Shown: positions 1-9,665, counted from the first letter of the stretch. The stretch is 43,310 bases of DNA from Promethearchaeota archaeon (GCA_048939625.1 JBHLPH010000017.1:1-43310); one strand, 5' to 3'. Notes: generated from the letters alone by a model not told the origin. Numbers and translations are program-made.

Positions 1-35
1 AATACCCCAAAAATCTAAAAGATGAAAAACTGCAG

Positions 36-138
36 ATACCTTAGGAGACTTATGTGCTGTAAGAAGTCTGGGTGTATAAAATCCGGGAACACGTGTGTTG
101 TACCGATCTGGTGGGGTGGACGACCACTTTTTCTTTTT
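36..138 (+). repeat. Intergenic dispersed repeat, copy 1 (well conserved)
   Basis: CCTTAGGAGACT...AGTCTGGGTGTATAAAATCCGGGAACACGTGTGTTGTACCGATCTGGTGGGGTGGACGACCACTTTTTC; aligns by eye with copies at 3472, 4138, 5791. Confidence 0.9.
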
Positions 139-310
139 GGTAGTTTGTTTGTCTTCCTGTTGATGAATGAGTTTGAGCAAGGCTTTGTTAGTGAAAAGCC
201 TAGAATTTGGTGAGATTAACTAGAGTGTTTAGACGGTTTTCATTAAGAAATATATAATCTGGTCATTAATAGTCAAGTGAATCCCATTTTGGGATGGAGG
301 AAGATGGAAA

Positions 311-3300
311 ATGGTTAGAAAAACTGTATTAGTTAGTGTTCTAGTTATTGCCATTGTTGGGATTTTGTTTCTTCCCACCATACGCCCTTCAGTGAACAAT
401 TCTTCATCAGCGATGATACCAGCGAAAAATAATGATCACCTGTTGACATCCAGTGCAACCGATGTAGGTGTCGAGTCTTCTAAGAGTATTAGCGCTGCTA
501 TGGGATCTTCTGATGATGAAGGGGCTTACCCTGTAGCGCCTTCAGAGACTGAAACGGTTAATGCCTCGATTACAACGGAAAAATTCACTTATTTATGTAA
601 TGAAACTGTTACGGTAAACGGTCAGCATTTTACTCCTTTGACGGCAATAACGGTAACGATTGAACGTCCCTGTTGTTGTGGACAACATGAGAATCACATC
701 GATGTTTTTGAAAGTGTAGTCGCAGATGCACTTGGTGCTTTTACGTTGGATTATCACCAAACAGCGGCAACCGGAATCTATAACCTCACCGCAGGTGATG
801 GGGTTAACTCAGTAGAAAATTCGTTTATTGTCAGCTCGTGTCTCATTTGGGCCGATGAATTTGTCTACCAGCCCAATGAGACAGCGAATATCTATGGAGC
901 GGGGTTCGTATCTAATGCACAAGTTAATGTTACCATTCAAGCACCCGATAATTCCACACAAACATGGTCGGTACTCACCGATACTGCGGGTAATTTTACC
1001 ACAACATATCTAGTTGAACAAGGCGCTGGTATGTATTTAGTCTTCGCTGAGGACGGAACCAATGTTGCCATCACTTGGTTTGCGGATCCATTCATCATAG
1101 TTACCCCTCTCTGGGGAGAGGTTGGGACTATGGTAGCGGTTCATGGGTTTGGCTTCTGGGGTCAAGGGTACGTTTATTTCGGTGGAGTGAAAGTGGCACC
1201 TATCGTTGGATTAGGGCTCCTAGGTGAGTTTCACGTATTGTTTCCAGTACCAGAGTGGGCTGTCCCTGGAAACTTCTACTTCATATCGGCGGTCACCAGT
1301 ATCTGGATGAATCCGGAATTTTGCTTTGATGTGTATTGCCCAGTGTGCGAATGGATTCCTCTATGTGTTTTAGGAATCTGTATTCCAGTACTATATTGTT
1401 GGAATTATGTTTGCGGTGAAGTCTGCATACCCCTTCCACCAATTTTCTTAGAATTTTCAAGCATCATTCCATTACCGTTTATTGTTGAACCAAGTGCTCC
1501 TGCAGACATCATTCCACCCATCACCGAACGCATAATTGATGGCTTTCTGGGATACAACGAATGGTATACATCTGAAGTAACTCTTAGGTTGCACGCAAAT
1601 GATGATTACTCGGGCGTAGATCGAACCTACTATAGAATCGGAGAAACAGGGCCTTACTCCCAGTACACTACTCCTCTTGAGTTCACTACAGATGGAGATT
1701 ATACAGTGTATTACTATTCAATTGACAAGGAAGGCAATGCTGAATCACCAAAGCAGATAATCATCAAAGTTGATAGAACCGCACCAACAACTGAGTTTAC
1801 TCCAACGGGTACGATTGGCTTGAATTCCTGGTTCAATTCAACGGTTATAGCATCATTTGAAGGAAATGATCCGACACCTGGCTCAGGATTGAAGACGATT
1901 TATTATCGGATAAATGATCCAGAAGGACCGTGGATTCCCTATGCAACTGATTTTGACCTAACGGATGGAACTTACACAATCGAATGGTATTCCGATGACC
2001 TTGCTGGTAATACGGAATCTCCCCATGCAGTTACAATTCGGATAGACAGTGAAGCCCCCAATACAGCACCTACCCTTTATGGCAATCAAGGTGAAGCCGA
2101 TTGGTATGTCTCTGATGTATCTTTGGAACTTACTGCAACCGATCCAGTTCCAGGCTCCGGCTTCTGGTATACTGAATTTAGTTATGATGCTACCACATGG
2201 TTTAGTTATACTGAACCAGTAGCCATATCGAATGAAGGAAGCACCACCGTATACTACCGAAGCATTGACCAAGCGGGTAATATTGAAGAGGTAAAATCAA
2301 CGACGATTCAAATCGACAAAACGGCTCCAACAACGGAAATTACCTTCAACACCTACTACCTTGAAGACTTCAACAATATCTTCGTGACCAGTGACACCAT
2401 TTTCACTTTATCAGCATCAGATGACGTTCCTGGAGTAGTAGATGTTTCTGGTGTAAAACACACCTATTATCGAATTAATGATGGAGAGTTCCAAATCTAT
2501 CTAGACCCCTTCTCCCTGAAAGGAGTAGATGGAGTTTACACAATCGAATTCTTTAGCATTGATCATGCTGGAAATGAGGAACTACCATATTTGACTCAAA
2601 CCGTTACCCTTGTTAGTCTCTCAGCAAATTCGTACCTTACGGATAGTAGTTTCAATCCAATCTCCTTCTTTGATTTCATTTTAACAAAGAGCAAAGAAGG
2701 TGGCTATAAACTCGTAGCGACCAATCCAGGGCAATTCTATTACAATATTGAAATCACAAACAATTGGCCAATTTCCCTTGATACATTAGTTGTAGAAGCG
2801 ATTCTTCCTGCAGAATTTGTACTCAAAGGCGCAATGCCGATCCATGTATACCTTGATGGAAACGACATAACAGAACAGTGCACAATTACTGGCACGACTG
2901 TAACTGTTATGAATGTTCCAGTTGGCAGTGAAGTCTACATTGCAATTCACATGGATTTTGGTCTCAAAGGATGCACCTTCGACACACTAGAGGACTTGAT
3001 GGTTGAAACCTACAAGTTTGACACCTACGTGGTAGGTTCTACGGGAATAGTTCCGTCCCAAGGTGATGGCCTTTATGGAACCTACAGAACTTCCAATATC
3101 CTATCAGCACATCAGAAGAAGACCACAGCAATAGCAGGTTATATCACAGATGTTGATGGAAATCCATTGGCTAATCTGCTCGTTGAACTCTTTGACTCAA
3201 ACAACAACTTGATCGGTACTACTCTTACAAATGATGACGGATTCTTCTACTTCATAGACATATCAAGTGGCGATTATGAAATCCACGTAAATGGATTCCT

Positions 3301-3364
3301 AGAAACTGTGAGTGCAAAAAACGGAGAATTAACCCTGATATTCATAACTATAGAAAATCTCTAA
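311..3364 (+). CDS. Large secreted/cell-surface protein: Ig-like and IPT/TIG-like domains, four OmpL47-type beta-barrel repeats, C-terminal carboxypeptidase-regulatory/CnaB-like domain
   Basis: 1017-aa ORF; GGAGG RBS; N-terminal hydrophobic signal; repeats of D.TAP.T...G..G...WY.S.V...L.A.D...SG...T.Y...Y.S.D.AGN.E; C-terminal IAGYITDVDGNPL...T.TNDDGFFYF. Confidence 0.85.
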   Translation: MVRKTVLVSVLVIAIVGILFLPTIRPSVNNSSSAMIPAKNNDHLLTSSATDVGVESSKSISAAMGSSDDEGAYPVAPSETETVNASITTEKFTYLCNETVTVNGQHFTPLTAITVTIERPCCCGQHENHIDVFESVVADALGAFTLDYHQTAATGIYNLTAGDGVNSVENSFIVSSCLIWADEFVYQPNETANIYGAGFVSNAQVNVTIQAPDNSTQTWSVLTDTAGNFTTTYLVEQGAGMYLVFAEDGTNVAITWFADPFIIVTPLWGEVGTMVAVHGFGFWGQGYVYFGGVKVAPIVGLGLLGEFHVLFPVPEWAVPGNFYFISAVTSIWMNPEFCFDVYCPVCEWIPLCVLGICIPVLYCWNYVCGEVCIPLPPIFLEFSSIIPLPFIVEPSAPADIIPPITERIIDGFLGYNEWYTSEVTLRLHANDDYSGVDRTYYRIGETGPYSQYTTPLEFTTDGDYTVYYYSIDKEGNAESPKQIIIKVDRTAPTTEFTPTGTIGLNSWFNSTVIASFEGNDPTPGSGLKTIYYRINDPEGPWIPYATDFDLTDGTYTIEWYSDDLAGNTESPHAVTIRIDSEAPNTAPTLYGNQGEADWYVSDVSLELTATDPVPGSGFWYTEFSYDATTWFSYTEPVAISNEGSTTVYYRSIDQAGNIEEVKSTTIQIDKTAPTTEITFNTYYLEDFNNIFVTSDTIFTLSASDDVPGVVDVSGVKHTYYRINDGEFQIYLDPFSLKGVDGVYTIEFFSIDHAGNEELPYLTQTVTLVSLSANSYLTDSSFNPISFFDFILTKSKEGGYKLVATNPGQFYYNIEITNNWPISLDTLVVEAILPAEFVLKGAMPIHVYLDGNDITEQCTITGTTVTVMNVPVGSEVYIAIHMDFGLKGCTFDTLEDLMVETYKFDTYVVGSTGIVPSQGDGLYGTYRTSNILSAHQKKTTAIAGYITDVDGNPLANLLVELFDSNNNLIGTTLTNDDGFFYFIDISSGDYEIHVNGFLETVSAKNGELTLIFITIENL

Positions 3365-3379
3365 CTATCGATAATAAAA

Positions 3380-3412
3380 GGGAGCGCCAAACTGCTCCCA
3401 ACCCCCTTTTTT
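3380..3412 (+). terminator. Hairpin plus T-tract after 311..3364
   Basis: GGGAGC-N8-GCTCCC followed by TTTTTT. Confidence 0.5.
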
Positions 3413-3471
3413 AGTTAGCTTAGATTTTTTGCGCCTGAATATGATTTTATACGGAACTTTAAGTTGTACTG

Positions 3472-3540
3472 AGTCTGGGTGTATAAACCGGAAACACGGG
3501 TGTTGCACCAGGCTGAGGTGGACGACCACTTTTTTCTATT
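3472..3540 (+). repeat. Intergenic dispersed repeat, copy 2
   Basis: AGTCTGGGTGTATAAACCGGAAACACGGGTGTTGCACCAGGCTGAGGTGGACGACCACTTTTTTC; 38/39 nt identical to copy 4 over the core. Confidence 0.9.
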
Positions 3541-3663
3541 TTTTGTCTTCTCATGATTTCGCAGTTTTTTGATGGACTCTTCTCTAGTGAAGAAGTTTTA
3601 TTTGCACCAGTTTTGTTGAATCTGTATTGATTATCGATTTTGAATGAATCGGTGGAGTTTGTT

Positions 3664-4011
3664 ATGGCGTTGATTGATACGGCGAAGATTTTAGCGAAGG
3701 CGGGTTCCATTGTGTGTATCGTTTTAGGGATTCTTGCTGGGGTGCTGAATGGTCTTGTTATGTATGAAGAGTTTGGTGGGCGGCATGGGATTGCTGTTGA
3801 GACTATTCTATGGTTTTCTTTAGCCATTGTCGCGGTGGTCTTTGGTTTCATCATTCTGTTCTATTGTGTGCCGAGGATAGACCAGGATCGGCAAGCGGCA
3901 GCCCTTTATTTCATTATTTTCGGTGTGGTTGCGGCGATTGGTTCGTATCTTGTTGGCGGTGTGTTGATATTCGTCGCAGGGATCTTGGTGGCTGTGGAGC
4001 AGGCGAGCTAA
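3664..4011 (+). CDS. Small 4-TM membrane protein (DUF4064-like); paralog of 20995..21354
   Basis: ATG at 3664 after GGAG; hydrophobic Gly-rich helices; D.AK.L...G.I..IV.G and I.FGV.A.IG shared with 20995. Confidence 0.75.
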   Translation: MALIDTAKILAKAGSIVCIVLGILAGVLNGLVMYEEFGGRHGIAVETILWFSLAIVAVVFGFIILFYCVPRIDQDRQAAALYFIIFGVVAAIGSYLVGGVLIFVAGILVAVEQAS

Positions 4012-4137
4012 TGAGCTAAGCCCAACAAACCGATGAGACTAGCTAGCATAGGTCGCATTAGACGAGGGCTAAATTTCGAATTGAAATCATTTTCCCTGAG
4101 GTGCCTTTCTTGGGCACTTCGGAGTGGGCAATGGGAT

Positions 4138-4204
4138 CGGGTGTCGATACCGGAACCACGGGTGTTGTACCGATCCGTTGCGGTGGACGACCACTTTTTT
4201 CTAT
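4138..4204 (+). repeat. Intergenic dispersed repeat, copy 3
   Basis: CGGGTGTCGATACCGGAACCACGGGTGTTGTACCGATCCGTTGCGGTGGACGACCACTTTTTTC. Confidence 0.9.
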
Positions 4205-4248
4205 GCAAGGATTTTTGTCTGAGAAGTTTTTAATGATGAATAAGTAGT

Positions 4249-4473
4249 ATGGGTTTGGTTTCGAAAATGTCGGATCGGTTAGTTGTTTCGGTGAATGATG
4301 TGCTGAATGGAAAGGTAGACGTTCAGAATCTGAGGGCGCGGTATGTGTTACTTAAAGCGGGTTGGTCGGGGTTTGAAACGATTGTTAAAGCAATCAATTA
4401 TATGGCGAAGTTTGGGTGGCGTGCTGTTGGGTTTTCGTGGGGGGGGTATTGTTTGCTTGAAAAAGTTGAGTGA
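4249..4473 (+). CDS. Small hypothetical protein, DUF4177-like motif
   Basis: 74-aa ORF; INYMAKFGWRAV...YCLLEK resembles the LN.LG..GWELV...Y...KR pattern. Confidence 0.55.
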   Translation: MGLVSKMSDRLVVSVNDVLNGKVDVQNLRARYVLLKAGWSGFETIVKAINYMAKFGWRAVGFSWGGYCLLEKVE

Positions 4474-4633
4474 AGACTCGATCATTGAAACATGGGGGAG
4501 ATTTACCCAGTTGTTCAGTCATTCAATGTGTTGGCGGAAGCTTCGATGCGTTGATACGTATCGTAGGAATTGAAAGCAAGGTATAACGCTAGGTAGCGGT
4601 TCCATCGACTGGTTCATTTATATTATCGGGGGG

Positions 4634-5761
4634 GTGATAGCGGTGTTTATGAGCTGTGATTGGACCGGGATACGGTGTTTTCGATTTGGGATTGTTGTGG
4701 TGTTAGTTGTGGGGTTGCTGGTGCCTATCGTAGGATATTCAGTAAACGAGACCGGGACAGGACAGGTCGTGTCGGGAATCCTACAGGGTGCGGATTGGCA
4801 GGTGGGGGATTCGTGTACGATTTTCACCGTAACAATTGGGGATACGGTGTTCTATGGGAATAATGAGGACTATTTGTTAGAAGGGACTTATCTATGGCTG
4901 GTCCCAGTGCAAGAAATTACTACGCCGTATGATACGTTCACGATCCATGGGTTCGTGGGGGTGGGCTTTAATTACCATAACCATTCTGGCGATGGAGTGC
5001 AGGGTGCGATGAATGATCAGGGGCTCTGTGTTGATGCCAACGGGCTTCCCCCGTTATCGATGAATCCGCATCCGGAACGGGATGCGTTTTACCCGAATAT
5101 CCTTCAAGCGGTGATGTTTGAATGCGGGACGGTGAGTGAGGTTATCACCTGGTTCCAAACTCATAATTGTGGCATGGTGTGGGCGTGTCAGCTTCACTTC
5201 GCGGATGCCACCGGGGATGCGGTTGTGGTCAGTGTGTACGATGGGGAGTTCAACTTCACTCGAATCAACGGTGCGCCCTTCCTGGTGTCCACGAATTTCA
5301 ACCTCGCGAACCACTCCAATGGTGGCTACCCGTGTACTCGGTATAACACTGCGACGCTCATGCTTTCGTCCATTACCTCCGAGGAGGACCTCACTGTGGA
5401 AGCGTGTCGTGATGTGCTCGACGCGGTTCATAGTGAAGGCACTTACGGTACCAAGTATAGCAACATCTTCGATCCGGTGAATCGGCAGGTGTACCTCTAC
5501 CAGAATCACAACTTTGATGAACTGGTCACACTCGACCTTGATTTGGAACTCGCGCAAGTTCATCCAGGCGGCATTGGCGTCATTCAGGAAGACCTTGGTT
5601 ATTACCGAGAAGTCCGTCTCTCAAGCCTCTTCACATCCCCGATTATCCCACCGATCTTGGTCCTCGGAATAGGCGGAGCGACTATCGTTAGTGGCGTAGT
5701 TATTGCTCTTGTCGTCTGGCGCATTAGAAAACCACCATCGCAAGGGCCAGATCCTAAGTAA
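4634..5761 (+). CDS. Membrane-anchored Ntn-hydrolase (peptidase C45/AAT/choloylglycine hydrolase-like)
   Basis: Signal peptide; S-CTIF...FYGNNED nucleophile motif; GAMNDQGL; FADATGDAVV; STNF; C-terminal TM helix with basic tail. Confidence 0.85.
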   Translation: MIAVFMSCDWTGIRCFRFGIVVVLVVGLLVPIVGYSVNETGTGQVVSGILQGADWQVGDSCTIFTVTIGDTVFYGNNEDYLLEGTYLWLVPVQEITTPYDTFTIHGFVGVGFNYHNHSGDGVQGAMNDQGLCVDANGLPPLSMNPHPERDAFYPNILQAVMFECGTVSEVITWFQTHNCGMVWACQLHFADATGDAVVVSVYDGEFNFTRINGAPFLVSTNFNLANHSNGGYPCTRYNTATLMLSSITSEEDLTVEACRDVLDAVHSEGTYGTKYSNIFDPVNRQVYLYQNHNFDELVTLDLDLELAQVHPGGIGVIQEDLGYYREVRLSSLFTSPIIPPILVLGIGGATIVSGVVIALVVWRIRKPPSQGPDPK

Positions 5762-5790
5762 TCATGTTCTTTTGGGGTATCCCCGTGGGG

Positions 5791-5882
5791 ATGCCTTAGG
5801 AGACTATACAGTACGGGGGCGGGTGTATGTTGATGGAAACACAGGTGTTGCACCAGGCTGAGGTGGACGACCATTTTCTATT
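5791..5882 (+). repeat. Intergenic dispersed repeat, copy 4
   Basis: CCTTAGGAGACT (shared with copy 1)...GGGTGTATGTTGATGGAAACACAGGTGTTGCACCAGGCTGAGGTGGACGACCATTTTC. Confidence 0.9.
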
Positions 5883-6118
5883 GTGAGTGTTTAATTGCAG
5901 ATTTGAATATTCTGTAATTATTGTGCGCGGCTTTGATTTCGGGGAGAGAGTTTAAATTCAGACCATATCTTGTGTACTGATATTGGTCAACTCTAGGGGA
6001 TTGCGGTCTTGTTTCGAACTAAACCGGGATTTGCGTTGCCGTGTCTAGGCTGTCATTCTTTACACAAATCTATGGTTGACCGAGTATTAGAGAGAAGAAT
6101 GAACATTTTAGGAATGAA

Positions 6119-7285
6119 ATGGTTATGAATCAGAAGATTCTTACAATTGCGTTAGTTGTGTTGACGGTAGTTGCTGTTGGTGGTGTTGCTGGTGCGGGTA
6201 TTATCTATGTGGGTAATCTGACGTTAGAAGCGCAGTTCCAAAGCCTAGCGAGTGATTATGCAACGTTACTTGATGAGTATAATGCTCTGGTGGCAAATTA
6301 TTCAATTCTCACTGGTGAATATTCAGCGTTAGATGACGCATATAATACCCTATATTCGGATTATGCAAGTTTACTTTCGGCATATAATGATCTGTCTGTG
6401 ATTTACGACAATCTAAATACACGCTATTATGAGTTATGTGCATGGATTCGGGGACAGACGTTACCGAATCAAGTAGCAGTCTGGATGGAAGCCGTTAGGC
6501 GTGTTTATCTACCGGATTACCTTTCTGGCTACTCTGATAAGGAATATTGGAAACAATTCGCAAAGTTTACTCGAGATGTGGTTCTTCATGCCTCTGGACA
6601 GGTGGATTTGTTTAGTGATGTATCTTCAGCGATTTCTGGTGCCCTAAGCTATGGAACAAACACGATGTATCTGGCAGATAGAGCAATGGCGATATTGTCA
6701 ATGAATGACGGAGCCTATTTTGCCAAATTTCCTGAATACTGGGGGTGGGGAATTGGGAGTGAGGTCTGGGGAATTGAAACAATTGTTGCAGATTGTTATG
6801 GCAATATTGACTACGAATATGACGATGACATAACTACGAGTCAGGAGTATTTTGCCTGGGATTATATCAAACACCCAGTTGAAACAGCATTTCGAACATA
6901 TGGAGATTGTGAAGACCAAGCAATCCTTTGCGCCTCGTATCTCGAAAACTGCTATTTTGTGAATGCAACCGGGAATTTTCCATATGAAACAGCAGTTGCT
7001 ATCATCCATGACCCCTCCCATCCCACCTATGGTGCATTGTATCATGGCGTATTGCTAGTGCATATTGAAGATACAACTGACTTCTGGAGTCGCCACCCAA
7101 CCACATCATTATGGCGATTTGGTTCATCAGACCCATACTATCCAGACTATACCTGGTGTTGGTGTGATCCGACGTGGGATACTCCATTTGGTGTTGAACC
7201 TGCATGGCTTCCTCCTTATGGAGGATCAATATCCTTCAGCGTTGTTTCAATTGCATTCTGTGAACAAGGTGGAACTGTCTTGTAA
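6119..7285 (+). CDS. Membrane-anchored coiled-coil protein with transglutaminase-like cysteine protease domain
   Basis: N-terminal TM; Y..L heptad repeats; GDCEDQAIL..S, HGVL, DPTW (Cys-His-Asp triad). Confidence 0.85.
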   Translation: MVMNQKILTIALVVLTVVAVGGVAGAGIIYVGNLTLEAQFQSLASDYATLLDEYNALVANYSILTGEYSALDDAYNTLYSDYASLLSAYNDLSVIYDNLNTRYYELCAWIRGQTLPNQVAVWMEAVRRVYLPDYLSGYSDKEYWKQFAKFTRDVVLHASGQVDLFSDVSSAISGALSYGTNTMYLADRAMAILSMNDGAYFAKFPEYWGWGIGSEVWGIETIVADCYGNIDYEYDDDITTSQEYFAWDYIKHPVETAFRTYGDCEDQAILCASYLENCYFVNATGNFPYETAVAIIHDPSHPTYGALYHGVLLVHIEDTTDFWSRHPTTSLWRFGSSDPYYPDYTWCWCDPTWDTPFGVEPAWLPPYGGSISFSVVSIAFCEQGGTVL

Positions 7286-7293
7286 AATTTAGT

Positions 7294-7334
7294 TGCACTT
7301 GATCGAAGGAGCAAGTGCACATTTTTTCTTTTTT
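7294..7334 (+). terminator. Hairpin plus T-tract after 6119..7285
   Basis: TGCACTTG-N10-CAAGTGCA then TTTTTTCTTTTTT. Confidence 0.6.
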
Positions 7335-7371
7335 ATAGCTAAAATAAGCACCGTGTGTTGATTTTCATATT

Positions 7372-7423
7372 GAAATATGTATGTGGGTTCCTTGGCGGGA
7401 GCGGACGACCACTTTTTCTTTTT
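7372..7423 (+). repeat. Intergenic dispersed repeat, copy 5 (degenerate 5' half)
   Basis: Exact GGACGACCACTTTTTCTTTTT at 7403-7423; lies between convergent genes. Confidence 0.8.
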
Positions 7424-7426
7424 CCA

Positions 7427-8074
7427 TCAATATCTTTGGTGGACATAGATTTTCACGTGCCAAAGCATGGTGTTTTGCTGGAGGTGTTGTTTGAAGCCGA
7501 GGCTGTGCAGCAGAGTATCAATGGCGTCGACTGGATGGATGAAGGTGCGAAAGGAGTGTCGACGCATCCAGAGACTGAAATTTTCCAATCCGATGGAAAG
7601 TCTGCTTAGCAAATTGGTCTGTGGAATGACGAGGCCATAGTGGGTGCGTGCCAGTGAGGCGGATTGCTTAACGAGGGTTTGCCAATCGTCGTAGCAGCAG
7701 ATGACTTTGTCGAGGGTGACAATATCGGTGGGAGAGATGGTGGTGACCAAGTCGATGAAGTCACCGTGATGATGGCTTATGCGATCTGCATGGCCTTGTC
7801 GTTCGCCTTCTTCTTGTGTAGCTGAAATATAGGCCATAGAGGCTTCGACATTTATGCTGTGCTGTAAACCTGATTTAAGTAATTCGTGTTGAATCACACC
7901 GATGCCGCCACCAATATCAAGTAAAGTTTTCCCTTTCACGCCTAGGGTTTTTAATGCGTTAACCAGAAGGCGCGTGGTGGGTGTCATGCCTTTCTCTCGA
8001 TATTGTTTGAGTTCGGTCTCCGCGACGGTCCGATCGAAGGTGGTTTCAAGGACTTGCCGTTGACAACAGCCCAT
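7427..8074 (-). CDS. Class I SAM-dependent methyltransferase (BchM-like family)
   Basis: LLDIGGGIG motif I; GDF; DIVTLDKVICCY. Confidence 0.85.
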   Translation of the reverse strand: MGCCQRQVLETTFDRTVAETELKQYREKGMTPTTRLLVNALKTLGVKGKTLLDIGGGIGVIQHELLKSGLQHSINVEASMAYISATQEEGERQGHADRISHHHGDFIDLVTTISPTDIVTLDKVICCYDDWQTLVKQSASLARTHYGLVIPQTNLLSRLSIGLENFSLWMRRHSFRTFIHPVDAIDTLLHSLGFKQHLQQNTMLWHVKIYVHQRY

Positions 8075-8154
8075 GGTGTGTGCACCCCAAAACGCCTATT
8101 GTGTATATACTTCTAATAGTAGTAATTTAAGTATAAGTTTGGTCGCAAGCGGTT

Positions 8155-8889
8155 GTGGAGGCTGTTTTCTTGCAATTTGAAGTGTTTGTGCACAGCTTAG
8201 GGCTACTGGGTTTAATTCCAGTGGTCCTGATGATTGTCCTCGCCTTGTGGGGCGTCTTGACCAGCTCTGGTAGACAAAGGACGCTCTTACTGTTGGGATT
8301 TCTCATCTTTCTCAGCGTTTTAATTGGCCAAGTGGTTGTTCAGTTGACTCGACTGGGAATTCTTCCCTATAGTGCTTGGTCGCTGTGGGGTCAGTATGTC
8401 GACTTGGGAATGATTGGGTTCTATATGTTACTAATTGTGATCTATGCGATTATCCTAGCTTTTCCTGCCTTTTTCAATGAACGCAAATGGATTATCATAT
8501 TTCCTCTCATCGGATTTATCGTCTATGAGGCGCTCATGTACAGTGCCAACGCGATTTCTTTCATTCTGTATGGGAATGCATGGTTTGCGACAGGGCTAAT
8601 TTTAGCCATTCTCTTCATGATCGTGATTCCACTGTATGCGACATTTCAGTATACTCGACAGGATCGAATCCGCGGCTCGCCTAATGTGCTCTGGATTTGG
8701 CTCTTTATGCTTGGGACTTTAATCTGGGCTATCGCAATCTCCCTGCTCTTCGGCGGGTGGCTGTTTATGCTGCCAGGCTACGACTCGTTCTTTAGCTCTC
8801 TAGGGTTGACGATGGTTAGCGCTCTAACCATTGGCTGGTATCTAATTCTGATTGGCTTTTTCTTCCAACTAAGAGTCAAGAAATCATGA
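8155..8889 (+). CDS. Hypothetical 7-TM integral membrane protein
   Basis: 244-aa ORF with about 7 hydrophobic segments. Confidence 0.75.
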   Translation: MEAVFLQFEVFVHSLGLLGLIPVVLMIVLALWGVLTSSGRQRTLLLLGFLIFLSVLIGQVVVQLTRLGILPYSAWSLWGQYVDLGMIGFYMLLIVIYAIILAFPAFFNERKWIIIFPLIGFIVYEALMYSANAISFILYGNAWFATGLILAILFMIVIPLYATFQYTRQDRIRGSPNVLWIWLFMLGTLIWAIAISLLFGGWLFMLPGYDSFFSSLGLTMVSALTIGWYLILIGFFFQLRVKKS

Positions 8890-8947
8890 ATGAGCAAAGA
8901 ACGCGCGTAGTGTATCCTAAGAGCGCCCTTACCTCACATTGTTTTTT

Positions 8948-8978
8948 AAAGGGTGTCAAGTGCACCCTTTCTTTTTTT
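8948..8978 (+). terminator. Hairpin plus T-tract after 8155..8889
   Basis: AAAGGGTG-N7-CACCCTTT then CTTTTTTT. Confidence 0.6.
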
Positions 8979-9055
8979 CGTAGAATCTGAATTCGTTGCA
9001 AAGATGAGGAATCTAAGTTGCATTACCGGCGACAAAGAGTACTGAATGAATGTTC

Positions 9056-9110
9056 TGAGAACACTGATGTGTTAGACAAGGTGTTGGGACAGACGGCCAC
9101 TTTTTCTTTG
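9056..9110 (+). repeat. Intergenic dispersed repeat, copy 6 (degenerate)
   Basis: GAGAACACTGATGTGTTAGACAAGGTGTTGGGACAGACGGCCACTTTTTCTTT. Confidence 0.7.
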
Positions 9111-9212
9111 AGAACGGTATCGGAGTGTTCTTTACCACTCACTGGTGGGGAATCATTGTCTGTAAAGGACAGGAAAATCTTTTTTGAAGAGCTCAATATG
9201 TGAGTAGGGTGG

Positions 9213-9665
9213 GTGATGTTTTTGCGTAAAGTTGGTCTGCTGGATGTTAGTTGGGTGTTGTTGATTGTTGTGGCGCTTGGTTCGATGGCTTTTGGCGTTG
9301 TTTTTGCGGTTCTTGGATCACCGTCTTTCATCTTGGAGTATATTGGCATGGAGTGGTCGGCAATCGTGGCGTTTTCTCCTCTGCTAGCCAATGCGTTCGT
9401 GCTTGCACAGCGTCTACTAGGATTTGCGCACGTTGCCATTGCCTTTGCATCGCTTCTGGTCCTTCAACGGCACTATCGGGGAGATCAGCGCTGGGCGTTG
9501 TTGTTTCTCTTGATCATTATGATGCCTGTGTGGCCTCCTGCATGGTTCCTCATTCCCCCAGCAATCCCCCTTGCTTTTTGGGCAACGATTGCTCTGAGCG
9601 TCTTGTGGATTCTTGGATTAATCATTGGAGCTTACGTGACACTCAAGAAGCGCCAGCTGGATTAG
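9213..9665 (+). CDS. Hypothetical 4-TM membrane protein
   Basis: 150-aa hydrophobic ORF with basic C-terminal tail. Confidence 0.7.
   Translation: MMFLRKVGLLDVSWVLLIVVALGSMAFGVVFAVLGSPSFILEYIGMEWSAIVAFSPLLANAFVLAQRLLGFAHVAIAFASLLVLQRHYRGDQRWALLFLLIIMMPVWPPAWFLIPPAIPLAFWATIALSVLWILGLIIGAYVTLKKRQLD

Noticed and set aside
22-213. Short ORFs overlapping repeat copies (22..213, 4033..4233, 7355..7609, 9018..9203) and the many antisense/shadow ORFs
   Set aside because: They run through non-coding repeats or overlap better-supported genes and have no recognisable motifs.
3490-3531. tRNA fragment (minus-strand CTCAGCCTGGT resembles a D-arm)
   Set aside because: Present only in copies 2 and 4, within the variable loop; no anticodon arm, T-arm or acceptor stem.
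7427-8074. bchM / chlorophyll biosynthesis
   Set aside because: Family resemblance only; no other tetrapyrrole or photosynthesis genes in the window.
8155-8889. Rhodopsin
   Set aside because: No retinal-binding Lys motif in helix 7, here or in 28521..29252.
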